Origin: Azoarcus sp.
GTDB lineage: Bacteria; Pseudomonadota; Gammaproteobacteria; Burkholderiales; Rhodocyclaceae
Direction: 5' to 3'
Assembly: GCA_031268195.1 (NCBI GenBank)
Contig: JAIRXQ010000024.1
Location: forward strand, 36,428-100,427
DNA length: 64,000 bases
The notes beneath the pieces were generated by a model. That model did no database searches, was not told where the DNA came from, and worked only from the letters and a program-made list of their open reading frames with translations. Within the stretch, counting starts at the first letter, position 1. Each line of letters starts with the position of its first letter. Of the stretch, positions 11,550 to 20,324 are shown piece by piece. A program made the translations under genes and the position numbers.

Positions 11550-13732
11550 CTCTCGGCCAATATCAGGTTATAGAGCTTGCGCGCGCTCGCCTCGATCCGC
11601 TTGGGTGCATCGTTGCGGGCGGGGGCATAGCGCCAGTCGGCGTAGGCATGCGCCAGGGTCTCCAGCGCATCGCGCCACACCGGGCGAGCCGTACCGACGC
11701 GGCGGGCAAAAGCGGACGGGCATTCCCACGCCTCGCGCTTGTAGCCGCGCCGGGCGAGCAGGCGCGCGAGGCGGTTCCACGCGCGTTGCGGCGGCGGCAG
11801 GTGGCGGGATTCTCGCCACCACGCCAGTGCCTGCGTGGCCGTCATCACCACGGCGCTGCCCAGCGATGCGCCGAGCAGCAGCCACACCCATGCGAACTTG
11901 CCGCCGAGCGTCTTGCCGAGTTTTTCGCCCAATTTGCCGCCGAGCCCGGCGAGTAGGGCTTGCTGCTTCTGACCGTCGAGGCGAAACAGCCAGCGCGTGA
12001 AAAAATCTTCCAGACTGGGCAAACGAAACGCGGTTGGCGGGGCAAAAGCGATTGCCGAAGGCGTCATTTGCGTCGTCGCGGGCGTGGGGGCGCGCTGCGG
12101 CGCGCCCTTGTCGGCGGCGGACTGCGCGGGTTTGGGCGCGGGCGTGGCAGCGGGTTTGGGTTGCGCCTCGGGTTGCCGCGCCGCCTCCGCAAACCGTTCG
12201 GGCGCGACCAGATCGACGGGATCGATGCGCCGCCAGCCGCGCGCCTCGTCCCAGATCTCCGTCCACGCGTGGGCGTGACTTTTTTTGACGATCACATAAT
12301 CGGTGAGCGCCATCAGCTTGCCGCCGCGATAGCCGGTGACGAGGCGCGCCGGGACGCCCGCCGCGCGCATCAGATAAACGAACGCACCCGCAAACAGATC
12401 GGCGTTGCCTTCGCGCGTATCGAACCAGAAGGCGTCGAACGCGTCCGGCCCGGCGCGAAGCTCGAACTGGTCACGCACCTTGTAGCCGTCCTTCGCCAGG
12501 ACGCCGAGCACGCGTTGCAGGCGCTCGTCCAGCGGTCGCGCGGCGAGTTCCGCACCCAGGGCGCGCAAGCGGGGATTGCCGCGCTCGGGCAGCGCCAACG
12601 CGCGGCGGTGCACGGCTTCATCGAGCGCACCGCCGTCTTCCCACTCCAGCCAGGAGCGCAGACGGTAACGGGTTTCCGCCGCCACCGGACGATGCGCGAG
12701 CACCTGCCAATCGGCGCTGACGAAGGATTCCGCCGCGAGCGCGGCGGGTAAATCCAGCCCGTAGAGCCACAGACGGTCGTGCGGCGTCAGGCGCACGGTG
12801 TAGCTGATTTCGTGCGTAGCGCGCGCCAGCGTCGCGGAAAAAGCGCTCGCCTTCGTCCAGCCGCGCCGCATCAGGGCGCGTCCCTGGCCTTCCTCGTATT
12901 CCGCATCGAGCCGCCATTCCGTGCCGTCGAAGTCGTAATACACCGGGCCGCGCCAGTAGAGCAGGCTCGTGGGCGGCACCCAGCCGTCGAACTCGGCCAC
13001 CAGCACCGGGCGCGTCTCCGCCACGCCCGTTTGCGTCTGCCCTTGTCCGGGCTTGAGCCGGGTGGAGACGCCCAGGCCCTGATTCGATTTCTCCAGCCCG
13101 ATCGAAAGCGGCAGGCCGAAGGAGAGGCCGATGTCCCAAAGCGGGCCGGGGATGCGCGGGAAAAACAGGAAGAGGACGGCGGCAAGCGGCAGGGCGAGGA
13201 CAAGGCGCAGCGCGTTGGCGCGCAGGATGCGCGTCACCGGGGGCGAAGGATGATGCCTCCCCGCTGCCGTCTCCAGCACCGCCAGCGCCGACAAAGCCAG
13301 CGCCGCGACGAACGCCAGCCCCGCCCACTCACTCCATTGCAGCAATCCGATCGCGCCCGCCACCACGCCCGCCGCCGCGATCAGGGCAAACTCGCGCGCC
13401 CCGCGCGCCTCGGCCCATTTCAGCGCGAGCACCAGCAAGAGCGCAACGCGCAGCGTGCGAGCCTCCAGCCAACCCCAGGCAAGCCCGGCGAGCGCGACGG
13501 CCACGGCGAGAACGAGCAGGCGAAGCAGCGCTGTCCACGTTTTGTGCGGCAGCGCACGGCTGGCGAACGCCAGCGCAAACGCGGGCCACGCGGGCCACGG
13601 CAGCGCGGGGGCGTGCGCCAGCAGCGCCACCAGCAGCAGCACGAAGCTCCAGCGCAGGCAGGCGCGCTGACATTGGGGCGAATGAGCATTCGCCCAAAAC
13701 AGAGCGTTCAACGCCCGCCGTACAAATTCCAT
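11546..13732 (-). CDS. DUF3488 plus transglutaminase-like (TgpA-type) membrane protein; catalytic Cys apparently replaced by Ala
   Basis: N-terminal TMs, LFLFFPRIPGPLW, YWRGPVY, GNADLFA...RAAGVPARLVTGYRGG, HAHAWTE, IDP. Confidence 0.85.
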   Translation of the reverse strand: MEFVRRALNALFWANAHSPQCQRACLRWSFVLLLVALLAHAPALPWPAWPAFALAFASRALPHKTWTALLRLLVLAVAVALAGLAWGWLEARTLRVALLLVLALKWAEARGAREFALIAAAGVVAGAIGLLQWSEWAGLAFVAALALSALAVLETAAGRHHPSPPVTRILRANALRLVLALPLAAVLFLFFPRIPGPLWDIGLSFGLPLSIGLEKSNQGLGVSTRLKPGQGQTQTGVAETRPVLVAEFDGWVPPTSLLYWRGPVYYDFDGTEWRLDAEYEEGQGRALMRRGWTKASAFSATLARATHEISYTVRLTPHDRLWLYGLDLPAALAAESFVSADWQVLAHRPVAAETRYRLRSWLEWEDGGALDEAVHRRALALPERGNPRLRALGAELAARPLDERLQRVLGVLAKDGYKVRDQFELRAGPDAFDAFWFDTREGNADLFAGAFVYLMRAAGVPARLVTGYRGGKLMALTDYVIVKKSHAHAWTEIWDEARGWRRIDPVDLVAPERFAEAARQPEAQPKPAATPAPKPAQSAADKGAPQRAPTPATTQMTPSAIAFAPPTAFRLPSLEDFFTRWLFRLDGQKQQALLAGLGGKLGEKLGKTLGGKFAWVWLLLGASLGSAVVMTATQALAWWRESRHLPPPQRAWNRLARLLARRGYKREAWECPSAFARRVGTARPVWRDALETLAHAYADWRYAPARNDAPKRIEASARKLYNLILAER

Positions 13733-14100
13733 GCGATCACGTCATCCTTGCTTTCCACACCGTCCGGCCCAAGCGAAAACAGTTCATAGGCATACGCCTG
13801 GCCCGGATTGCGGTACTGATAGGGTCGCCCCCACGGATCGAGCGGCAAAAAAGGAATCTCGCCGTTTTCGACCAGCACTTTGAGCCCGGCCTCCGTGCCG
13901 GGCATCCTCGAGCCGAGCAGCAGCACGCTGCGCAGCGCCCGGATGTCATCGCGGGCGCGGGCATAGTTGGCGTCCTCGCCTTTGGGCAGCCCGGAGACGA
14001 GAAACCATGCCATCCCGGCAGCGGCGGCGGCGGGCACGAACAGCGCCAGACATTCGGCGAGGCTCGGAAGACGAAAAACAGTCGCAGCTTTCGTGGTCAC
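13708..14100 (-). CDS. GspG-like pseudopilin domain protein without a canonical prepilin cleavage site
   Basis: LDPWGRPYQYRNPG and LFSLGPDG..DDV GspG motifs; N-terminus RLP-SLAECL instead of G|FTLxE; AGGAGG RBS. Confidence 0.8.
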   Translation of the reverse strand: MTTKAATVFRLPSLAECLALFVPAAAAAGMAWFLVSGLPKGEDANYARARDDIRALRSVLLLGSRMPGTEAGLKVLVENGEIPFLPLDPWGRPYQYRNPGQAYAYELFSLGPDGVESKDDVIAWNLYGGR

Positions 14101-14149
14101 GATTTGGCCTCCTTTTTGCCAACGGCATGATCCGTATCATCCCTGCTCA

Positions 14150-15217
14150 TCATGGTTCATCCTTGTGCGCCATCCGCGCCAGCTGCCTGTTTGCGTTGCG
14201 TGCGATTTCCTTTTGCCGCTCGCACAGCGCCACGTCCTCGTCAGGCTCGAAAACCCATTCCCAGCCCCAACCGTCGCCATCGTCGATCATCGCCACGATC
14301 TGAACCACGCCGATTTCGACAGAAGAATCGGCCGGGGCATTCGCCAGCGGAAATGTCTCGCCCTGGGAAGGGGAGCGCGTTTGCTTCGTTTCCCCCGGAA
14401 ACAAGCCATGTTCCCAATTGCGCTTGTCCAGCTGCGCGTAAAGAGAACGCTGTGCTTCGGGAAACAGCGGGTCTTTCATCGGCGGCGCCCAACCGATGCC
14501 GAATCGCACCTGCGCACGGGGCTTGCTTTCTCCCGCGAACATGTGCCGCGCATTCACGGTCATGCTCTTGATGCGGTAACGGCTTGCGTTGGCGACGGTG
14601 AGCACCAAGAGATTGTTCATGCCCTGACGCTCGAAGGTGGCGCTCAACAAGCGGACCTTCTCCAATTCGTGCTGTGCAGTCGCACAACGCACATAAGCGG
14701 CCTCGGCTTCGGCCTTGATGATTTGGTAGGACTCCTGTTCCCTCTGGGCGCGGGCGCGTCTTTCTTCCGCGCCATGCGCGCGCGTCTGCATCCTGCGCAG
14801 ACGCTTTTCGCGCAATCCATACGCGGCGGCCCGAATTTCGGGGAGCGTCCTGCCCGCCAAGGAGTGCCTTGCCTTCAATGCAACGACCCCCGGCGAGTTC
14901 AACATCCGCTCGAGCACATAAACGGCGTTGTCGACACCGGCCAGATAGGCAAAAGACTCCGTCCACTTGAAAGGACTGCTGGGGCGCACGTTCTCCCAGA
15001 GATTGAGGATGAAATCCTGCTGCTCCGAACTGTCCATGCCGGCAGTCATTCTTTTCACCGAAGCGATCATGGCCTCTCTGCCGCGGTCATCGAGGCGCAG
15101 TGTCTGCACCCCCCGCTCACGCTCCTCGGCGCCGCCGCAGCCCGCCAGCGCCGAGAGCGCCGCCACGACGGCGCCGAGCCGGAACACCGGCAAAAGGGGC
15201 GGCATGGGCGCGCCCAC
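14150..15217 (-). CDS. Hypothetical lipoprotein
   Basis: Lipobox ALAGC, coiled-coil-like middle, GGAGG RBS; abuts the cytochrome stop. Confidence 0.65.
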   Translation of the reverse strand: MGAPMPPLLPVFRLGAVVAALSALAGCGGAEERERGVQTLRLDDRGREAMIASVKRMTAGMDSSEQQDFILNLWENVRPSSPFKWTESFAYLAGVDNAVYVLERMLNSPGVVALKARHSLAGRTLPEIRAAAYGLREKRLRRMQTRAHGAEERRARAQREQESYQIIKAEAEAAYVRCATAQHELEKVRLLSATFERQGMNNLLVLTVANASRYRIKSMTVNARHMFAGESKPRAQVRFGIGWAPPMKDPLFPEAQRSLYAQLDKRNWEHGLFPGETKQTRSPSQGETFPLANAPADSSVEIGVVQIVAMIDDGDGWGWEWVFEPDEDVALCERQKEIARNANRQLARMAHKDEP

Positions 15218-16863
15218 TACGATTCGCCCTCCTTTTTGCGGCCCGCCTCGTCACCGGCGCGCCGGACGACGCTGGCGCGCGCCGCCCCGACGAAGCGCGC
15301 TTCCTCCAACAGCAGCGGCGGGAGAATCACGTCGACCTTCTTGCCCAAACCCTGGCTCTCGATGTTCTTCAGGATGTCTTGCACCGCGATGCGATACCAC
15401 AGGCGCACATCCACCGTCACCGCGGCCTGCCTGTCCGCGGGCAGTTCGACGCGCACGTCGATCACATCGGTCTGCCCCGGCGAAATGGGCTTGCGCGTGT
15501 AATGCAGTGTAAAGGCATCGAACAGCCGGTGGCGGCCATCGAGCTTGCCGTCGATGTCGCGCACCTCCTTCATCCAGCGCACGGCCTGGGGATCTTCCGC
15601 GCCCTTCGTCTCATCGAAGCGGCCTTGGTGGAAAACGGTGTTGCCCGCCGCATCCTTCGCCTCCACTTCGAGCCACATATAACGCTGGTCGAGCGGGCCG
15701 GTCGGCAGCGCATGGCCCGCCCCGGCGTTGGTCACCGAGACGCGCAGATGCAGCGCGCCATCGGCGGGCGCGCCGGGCACGGCCTCCACACGCAGCTCGG
15801 CGGCTTCGCGCAGCAGGGCGACCACCTGCTCGTTCGTCTTGCTCAATGCCTTGTCGAAGGTCGCACGGTCGTAGAGGCGGTTCAGCCCCGGAGGCGAGCC
15901 GCCGCGCAGGGTGTAAAGCAGCCCGGAAGGCAGGCCGGTGTTGGAGAGCAGGTAATTATTGCCCGCGATGCGGTGCGACACCGTTTTCCGGGGTCGCTCG
16001 CCGCGCTTCAGGGCCGCGACGAACCCGGCAGGGTCGGCGGCCATGTGGCAGTCCTGGCACTGCACGTTTGCCTTCGCCCACGGCGAGTGACGCCATTCGT
16101 CATACGTGTCCTGCAAATTCATCGGCGGCGTCGTGCCATTGACCGAAGTGGGACGAATCTCCGTGTGGCACGCGCCGCACAGGGCGCTCTGGCCCATCAG
16201 CGGCTGCACGCGGCGGGCGCGCATGTCCTCCGAATGGCGCTTGGGCGCGGCGGCGATCAGCGCCGGATGCGCATAACGGAAAATGCCGTTGATATCGATT
16301 TCGAGCGCGCCGTTCCCGGCCAGCGGCTCGGCCTTGTTGACGGCGTGGCAGACGATGCAGGCGGCGCCTTCTTCCATCGCGGCGATTTCCTGCACGCTGT
16401 TGGCCAGTGTCACCGCCCCGGAGAGCGTGCCGAGCGGGTTGTGGCAAGCCTCGCACCAGCGCCCTTTTTCGATGCCGTGCGACTGACCGGCGCGGGTCGC
16501 GGAAGCATTCTCCAGTACTGTGCTGTCGTAGATCAGATCCTTGTCGGAGATGGCGTGCATCGAGCTTGCCCACTCCAGCGTTTCCTTGCGGTGGCACTCG
16601 CCGCAGCTCAACGCCCCCGGCACCGCGCGCCAGTTGAGAAGCTTGCCGTCGGGCGTGGAAATCTCCGCCGGATGGAAGGCTGACTGCGCCTTGCCGAAAG
16701 GCTGCGAATAAAGCGGCAAATCCCGCGCCACTTCAACCGTCAGATCGGTGGGCGGCGGCAAGAGTTTATCGAGCGCGAGCGCCGCCACGACCGTGATGAC
16801 GAGGGCGAGCAGAAAACGCGTGAGCGGCAGCGAGAAAACGCGAGCGGGTAATTTGATTTTCAT
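15217..16863 (-). CDS. Membrane-anchored pentaheme c-type cytochrome (c554-like core plus C-terminal beta domain)
   Basis: Five CxxCH: CGECH, CEACH, CIVCH, CGACH, CQDCH; N-terminal TM/signal; NAGAGHALPTG motif. Confidence 0.88.
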   Translation of the reverse strand: MKIKLPARVFSLPLTRFLLALVITVVAALALDKLLPPPTDLTVEVARDLPLYSQPFGKAQSAFHPAEISTPDGKLLNWRAVPGALSCGECHRKETLEWASSMHAISDKDLIYDSTVLENASATRAGQSHGIEKGRWCEACHNPLGTLSGAVTLANSVQEIAAMEEGAACIVCHAVNKAEPLAGNGALEIDINGIFRYAHPALIAAAPKRHSEDMRARRVQPLMGQSALCGACHTEIRPTSVNGTTPPMNLQDTYDEWRHSPWAKANVQCQDCHMAADPAGFVAALKRGERPRKTVSHRIAGNNYLLSNTGLPSGLLYTLRGGSPPGLNRLYDRATFDKALSKTNEQVVALLREAAELRVEAVPGAPADGALHLRVSVTNAGAGHALPTGPLDQRYMWLEVEAKDAAGNTVFHQGRFDETKGAEDPQAVRWMKEVRDIDGKLDGRHRLFDAFTLHYTRKPISPGQTDVIDVRVELPADRQAAVTVDVRLWYRIAVQDILKNIESQGLGKKVDVILPPLLLEEARFVGAARASVVRRAGDEAGRKKEGES

Positions 16864-17453
16864 GACAGCGCCCGCTTGGGAAAGTGCAGCAGCACGAAAA
16901 AGACGAACAACCCGGCAAAGGTGATGTGCACCCGCAGGAGCGCCGCCGCCGTGCCGAACGGCATCACCGTGGGCTTCCCGGTCAGGTAGAGCACGGCGGG
17001 CGCGGCGATCACCAGACCGCTGGCGACCGTCAGCAGCAAACAGCAGGTGAGCATGTAGCCGAGGATGCGGTGATAAAGAGATTCACCCCGGTAGATTTGA
17101 TGCAGCATCCGCCAGGGCATCACGAGATTGAGCAGCTTCTCCTTGCCGTCGTGCAGATGGACGAACAGGAAGGGAATGAAGAACACCAGCGCCAGCGCGC
17201 CGGAGACGAGATGCGCCACCAGCGCCACCAGCGTGAGATGCCCGTTGCCAAGCGGCATCGCCAGCACGACTCCTGTCGCGGTGGCAATGCCAAGGCTGTA
17301 GACCATCGCCAGCAGGAGATGGCGCGAGGATTCGCGCGTGCGCCAGACCAGGAGGCCAGAGGAGGCGGGCGCGGCCTCATTCTTGCCTTTTTCCGGCGTG
17401 GACGTAGCCGGGGGGGGAGTTGCCTCTTTCCAGACAAGCACATCGTCATTCAT
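16860..17453 (-). CDS. 4-TM His-containing membrane protein (cytochrome b-like)
   Basis: Four hydrophobic helices with His (AHLVSG, FVHLH, RVH...LLHF 14 residues apart); ATG 17453; ATGA-coupled to the cytochrome. Confidence 0.65.
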   Translation of the reverse strand: MNDDVLVWKEATPPPATSTPEKGKNEAAPASSGLLVWRTRESSRHLLLAMVYSLGIATATGVVLAMPLGNGHLTLVALVAHLVSGALALVFFIPFLFVHLHDGKEKLLNLVMPWRMLHQIYRGESLYHRILGYMLTCCLLLTVASGLVIAAPAVLYLTGKPTVMPFGTAAALLRVHITFAGLFVFFVLLHFPKRALS

Positions 17454-18318
17454 GATCTTCGCTCCACAAATACAGTGCCAACCGTTGCAGGCATGCGCTG
17501 CGATGCGCGCGGCCGCGTCCCGGCGGCAGCGACGGGCCGTCATCGAGGCGCAAGCCGTACTCCAGCCCGCAGCGCTCGGCCTCGCATACCCATTGGCAAA
17601 GCTGCGACAGGCGGCTTTCCACATCGCCCGCACAGGCGGCGATGTCCAGCCACAACGCGTGGCCACCCCGTCCGCCGTCGAAATCATTGACCACCAGCTC
17701 CCCATTGCCGCTGCGCGCCGCAATGCGCCAGTTGACCCGGCGCGGCGCATCGCCCGGCGCATAGCGCCGCACGCCGCGAAAATCGCTCGCTTCCTGCTTG
17801 CTGTGCGCCGGGTTGGGCGCGTGTCCCGGCAGGGGCGCCGTGCCCGCCGGATGCGGCCAGACGAGCGCCATCATGTCCGGCAAGGCGCGGCGCGCCCGCC
17901 ACAACCCGAGCGGATGCGGCGAGACGAGGCACAGGCCGCGCACCGTACGCCGGCCGCGCGCGGGGGCGGGCAACGAGCATTCGAGCGGCGCGTCGCCCAC
18001 GCCCGGCGCGCCCTGCGCAGCGGGCGTGACGAGTTGCAGCGGATCGCGCCGCCGCGCCTTTTCATCGCGCACGCTACCCGCGAGATTCAGCGCCTCGCCC
18101 GCAAACGCGGTGGCTTGCGGCGCGGGCAGCCATTCCAGGCCGGCAAGGTTGCGGCGGCACTGCCAGCCCGCCGTCATCCACACCGAGAGCAGCACGAAGG
18201 CAAACGCAAACACAAGGTTGTTGCCGTAATTGATCGCCACCGCCAGCAGCGCCAGCACCGCCACAAGCCAGAACAGCCCGGCGGCGGTGGGCACGAGAAC
18301 GATGCGCGACGGCTTCAT
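17446..18318 (-). CDS. DUF58 domain protein
   Basis: AINYGNNL, PLGLWRA, DFRGVRRYAPGDAPRRVNWR; follows MoxR. Confidence 0.88.
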   Translation of the reverse strand: MKPSRIVLVPTAAGLFWLVAVLALLAVAINYGNNLVFAFAFVLLSVWMTAGWQCRRNLAGLEWLPAPQATAFAGEALNLAGSVRDEKARRRDPLQLVTPAAQGAPGVGDAPLECSLPAPARGRRTVRGLCLVSPHPLGLWRARRALPDMMALVWPHPAGTAPLPGHAPNPAHSKQEASDFRGVRRYAPGDAPRRVNWRIAARSGNGELVVNDFDGGRGGHALWLDIAACAGDVESRLSQLCQWVCEAERCGLEYGLRLDDGPSLPPGRGRAHRSACLQRLALYLWSEDHE

Positions 18319-18331
18319 GACAGCCTCACGC

Positions 18332-19273
18332 TCACGGCAGCGGCACGGCCGCCAAAAGCTCGCGCGCCGCCGCCGCCGATTCGCGCGCATCCCCGATGCC
18401 GAGGCGATGCATCGCCACACACGGAAACACCGCCTGCACATCGTCCGGCAACACATGATCGCGCCCGTCGAGCAGCGCCCACGCCCGCGCCGCCGCCAGC
18501 AGGGCCTGCGCGCCGCGCGGCGAGAGCCCGTAGGCCAGCCCCGCGCCGTGGCGGGTGTGCTCGGCCAGCGCGCGGATATAAGCCAGCAGCGGCTCGGCGG
18601 CGTGCAGGGCGCGCGCGCGCGTCTGCAAATCGAGCAGCCGCGCCGCGTCCAGCGCCGCTTCGAGCCGCTCGAGCAGCACACGGCGGTCCTCGCCGCGCAG
18701 GATTTCCAGCTCCGCCGTCGCATCCGGGTAGCCGAGCGACAGGCGCATCAGAAAGCGGTCGAGCTGCGCCTCCGGCAGCGGATTGGTGGAACTCTGGTCG
18801 ACCGGGTTCTGGGTGGCGATGACAAAAAAAGGCTTCGGCAGCGGGCGGCTTTCGCCGTCGCTCGACACCTGCCGCTCCTCCATCGCCTCCAGCAGCGCCG
18901 ATTGCGTCTTGGGCGAAGCGCGGTTGATCTCGTCGGCCAACAACACCTGCGTGAACACCGGGCCGGGATGAAAAACGAACGCCCCCGTATCGCGCTGGAA
19001 AATCGCCGCCCCCGTCAAATCGCCCGGCAGCATGTCACTGGTAAATTGCACACGCTTGAACGCCAGCCCCATGACACGGGCCAGCGCATGCGCAAACACC
19101 GTCTTGCCCATGCCCGGCAAATCTTCGAGCAGCAGATGCCCGCCCGCGACGAGACAGGCCAGCGCCAGCCGTACCGCCTCGGCCTTGCCGAGCAGAATTT
19201 CGCCCACGGCGTCGGCGGCGCGCTGGAGATCGGTAGCGGTGGCGGCGGCGGGGGGGGTATGCAGATCGTTCAT
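18332..19273 (-). CDS. MoxR-family AAA+ ATPase
   Basis: HLLLEDLPGMGKT, LLADEINRASPKTQSALLEAMEE, ATQNP, LPEAQLDRF. Confidence 0.93.
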   Translation of the reverse strand: MNDLHTPPAAATATDLQRAADAVGEILLGKAEAVRLALACLVAGGHLLLEDLPGMGKTVFAHALARVMGLAFKRVQFTSDMLPGDLTGAAIFQRDTGAFVFHPGPVFTQVLLADEINRASPKTQSALLEAMEERQVSSDGESRPLPKPFFVIATQNPVDQSSTNPLPEAQLDRFLMRLSLGYPDATAELEILRGEDRRVLLERLEAALDAARLLDLQTRARALHAAEPLLAYIRALAEHTRHGAGLAYGLSPRGAQALLAAARAWALLDGRDHVLPDDVQAVFPCVAMHRLGIGDARESAAAARELLAAVPLP

Positions 19274-19286
19274 GCGGCGGATGTCC

Positions 19287-20324
19287 TTAAAAGCGTTGCT
19301 GATAGCCCACAGCGGCCGACCAGCTGTCGAGATTGACTTCGTTGAGATCGGTGCGTCCCCTGCCGCCGGAAGCGGGGTAGTAATAGCGATCACCCCGTCT
19401 CAGCCGCAGCATCTGCTGATCCAGCCGGAGCGTGAGCGCGCGCTCGGGCGTCAGCCACCACGCCGCGCCCATGCCCAGTTGCCAGCCATAGCTGTCGCCC
19501 TTTTGACGATGCGTGGTCGGCTGCGCCAGATCGCCGCGCAGGTTCCAGGTCGAATCGGCGCGCAGCTTGAACCACTGCCGCTTCGCCGAAATATTGAAAG
19601 CGAACCTCTCCGTGGGCTGCGCATCGATCCGCAACCCCAGCCACGGACCGCGCCAGCTGGGCCGGTAGTGCGAATCCAGCCCGTGGAAGCGGCCCAGATC
19701 ACCGTACACCGTGTCGATGACCAGCACCCCGTGGCGCATCCGCATGTCGTGTTCCTGGTAGGCGTAGCCGAGCATCGGCTTGAAGCTGACGCGGGCAAAC
19801 GGATCGAATCGCCAGCCCACGCCGGCGGACAGGCGGGTGGCGCTGCTGCCGTCCACCTTGGCGTAAGAGCGCGAGAACTCACCGCGCCGGTTGTCGTATA
19901 AGTAATCGGAGTCCCGGTTTCTCCCGTCGAAGGCGGTGGCGTGCGCCAGATCCATCTCCGCGACGAAACCCTCGTCACCTTCCCAATCGAAGTCGACGCG
20001 CAACTCCGCCATGTCCGTTTTCCACTTGAGCTCGGAGACGATGTTCGGCACCCCGCCCGCTCCCGCGATGTTGTAATCGATCGTCTCCCGCCGATAACCA
20101 AGCGAGATCGACCATGTGGCGTTGCCATCGATGAAACTGGCCGCAGCGTCCCCGGGCGCGGGCGGCTCCGCCACGCGGCGGATTTTCGCCACTGGGGCCG
20201 CCGGGCGCGCCTGTGGCGTCTCGTACACCCAGATGTTTGCTTCATCGAGCGGATGCGCCGCCAGCGGCGCGGAGAGCAGCGCAAAGAGCGCCAGCGGCAA
20301 AAAACGGGCGTGGTGGCATTTCAT
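19287..20324 (-). CDS. Omptin-like outer-membrane beta-barrel
   Basis: Signal peptide; VSELKWK, GRNRDSDY and YRPSWRGPWLGL parallel recalled OmpT segments (VSQLDWK, NMVDQDW, YKQRFKMPYIGL); C-terminal Phe. Confidence 0.7.
   Translation of the reverse strand: MKCHHARFLPLALFALLSAPLAAHPLDEANIWVYETPQARPAAPVAKIRRVAEPPAPGDAAASFIDGNATWSISLGYRRETIDYNIAGAGGVPNIVSELKWKTDMAELRVDFDWEGDEGFVAEMDLAHATAFDGRNRDSDYLYDNRRGEFSRSYAKVDGSSATRLSAGVGWRFDPFARVSFKPMLGYAYQEHDMRMRHGVLVIDTVYGDLGRFHGLDSHYRPSWRGPWLGLRIDAQPTERFAFNISAKRQWFKLRADSTWNLRGDLAQPTTHRQKGDSYGWQLGMGAAWWLTPERALTLRLDQQMLRLRRGDRYYYPASGGRGRTDLNEVNLDSWSAAVGYQQRF

Noticed and set aside
11899-11946. LGGK-LGEK-LGKT-LGGK repeat in the transglutaminase-like gene
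   Set aside because: Short in-frame slippage in a linker; no evidence of function.
15217-16863. Cytochrome as an Mtr/Omc-type extracellular electron-transfer conduit
   Set aside because: Only five hemes, an inner-membrane-type anchor, and no MtrB-size porin partner. Extracellular electron transfer is not excluded but is unsupported.
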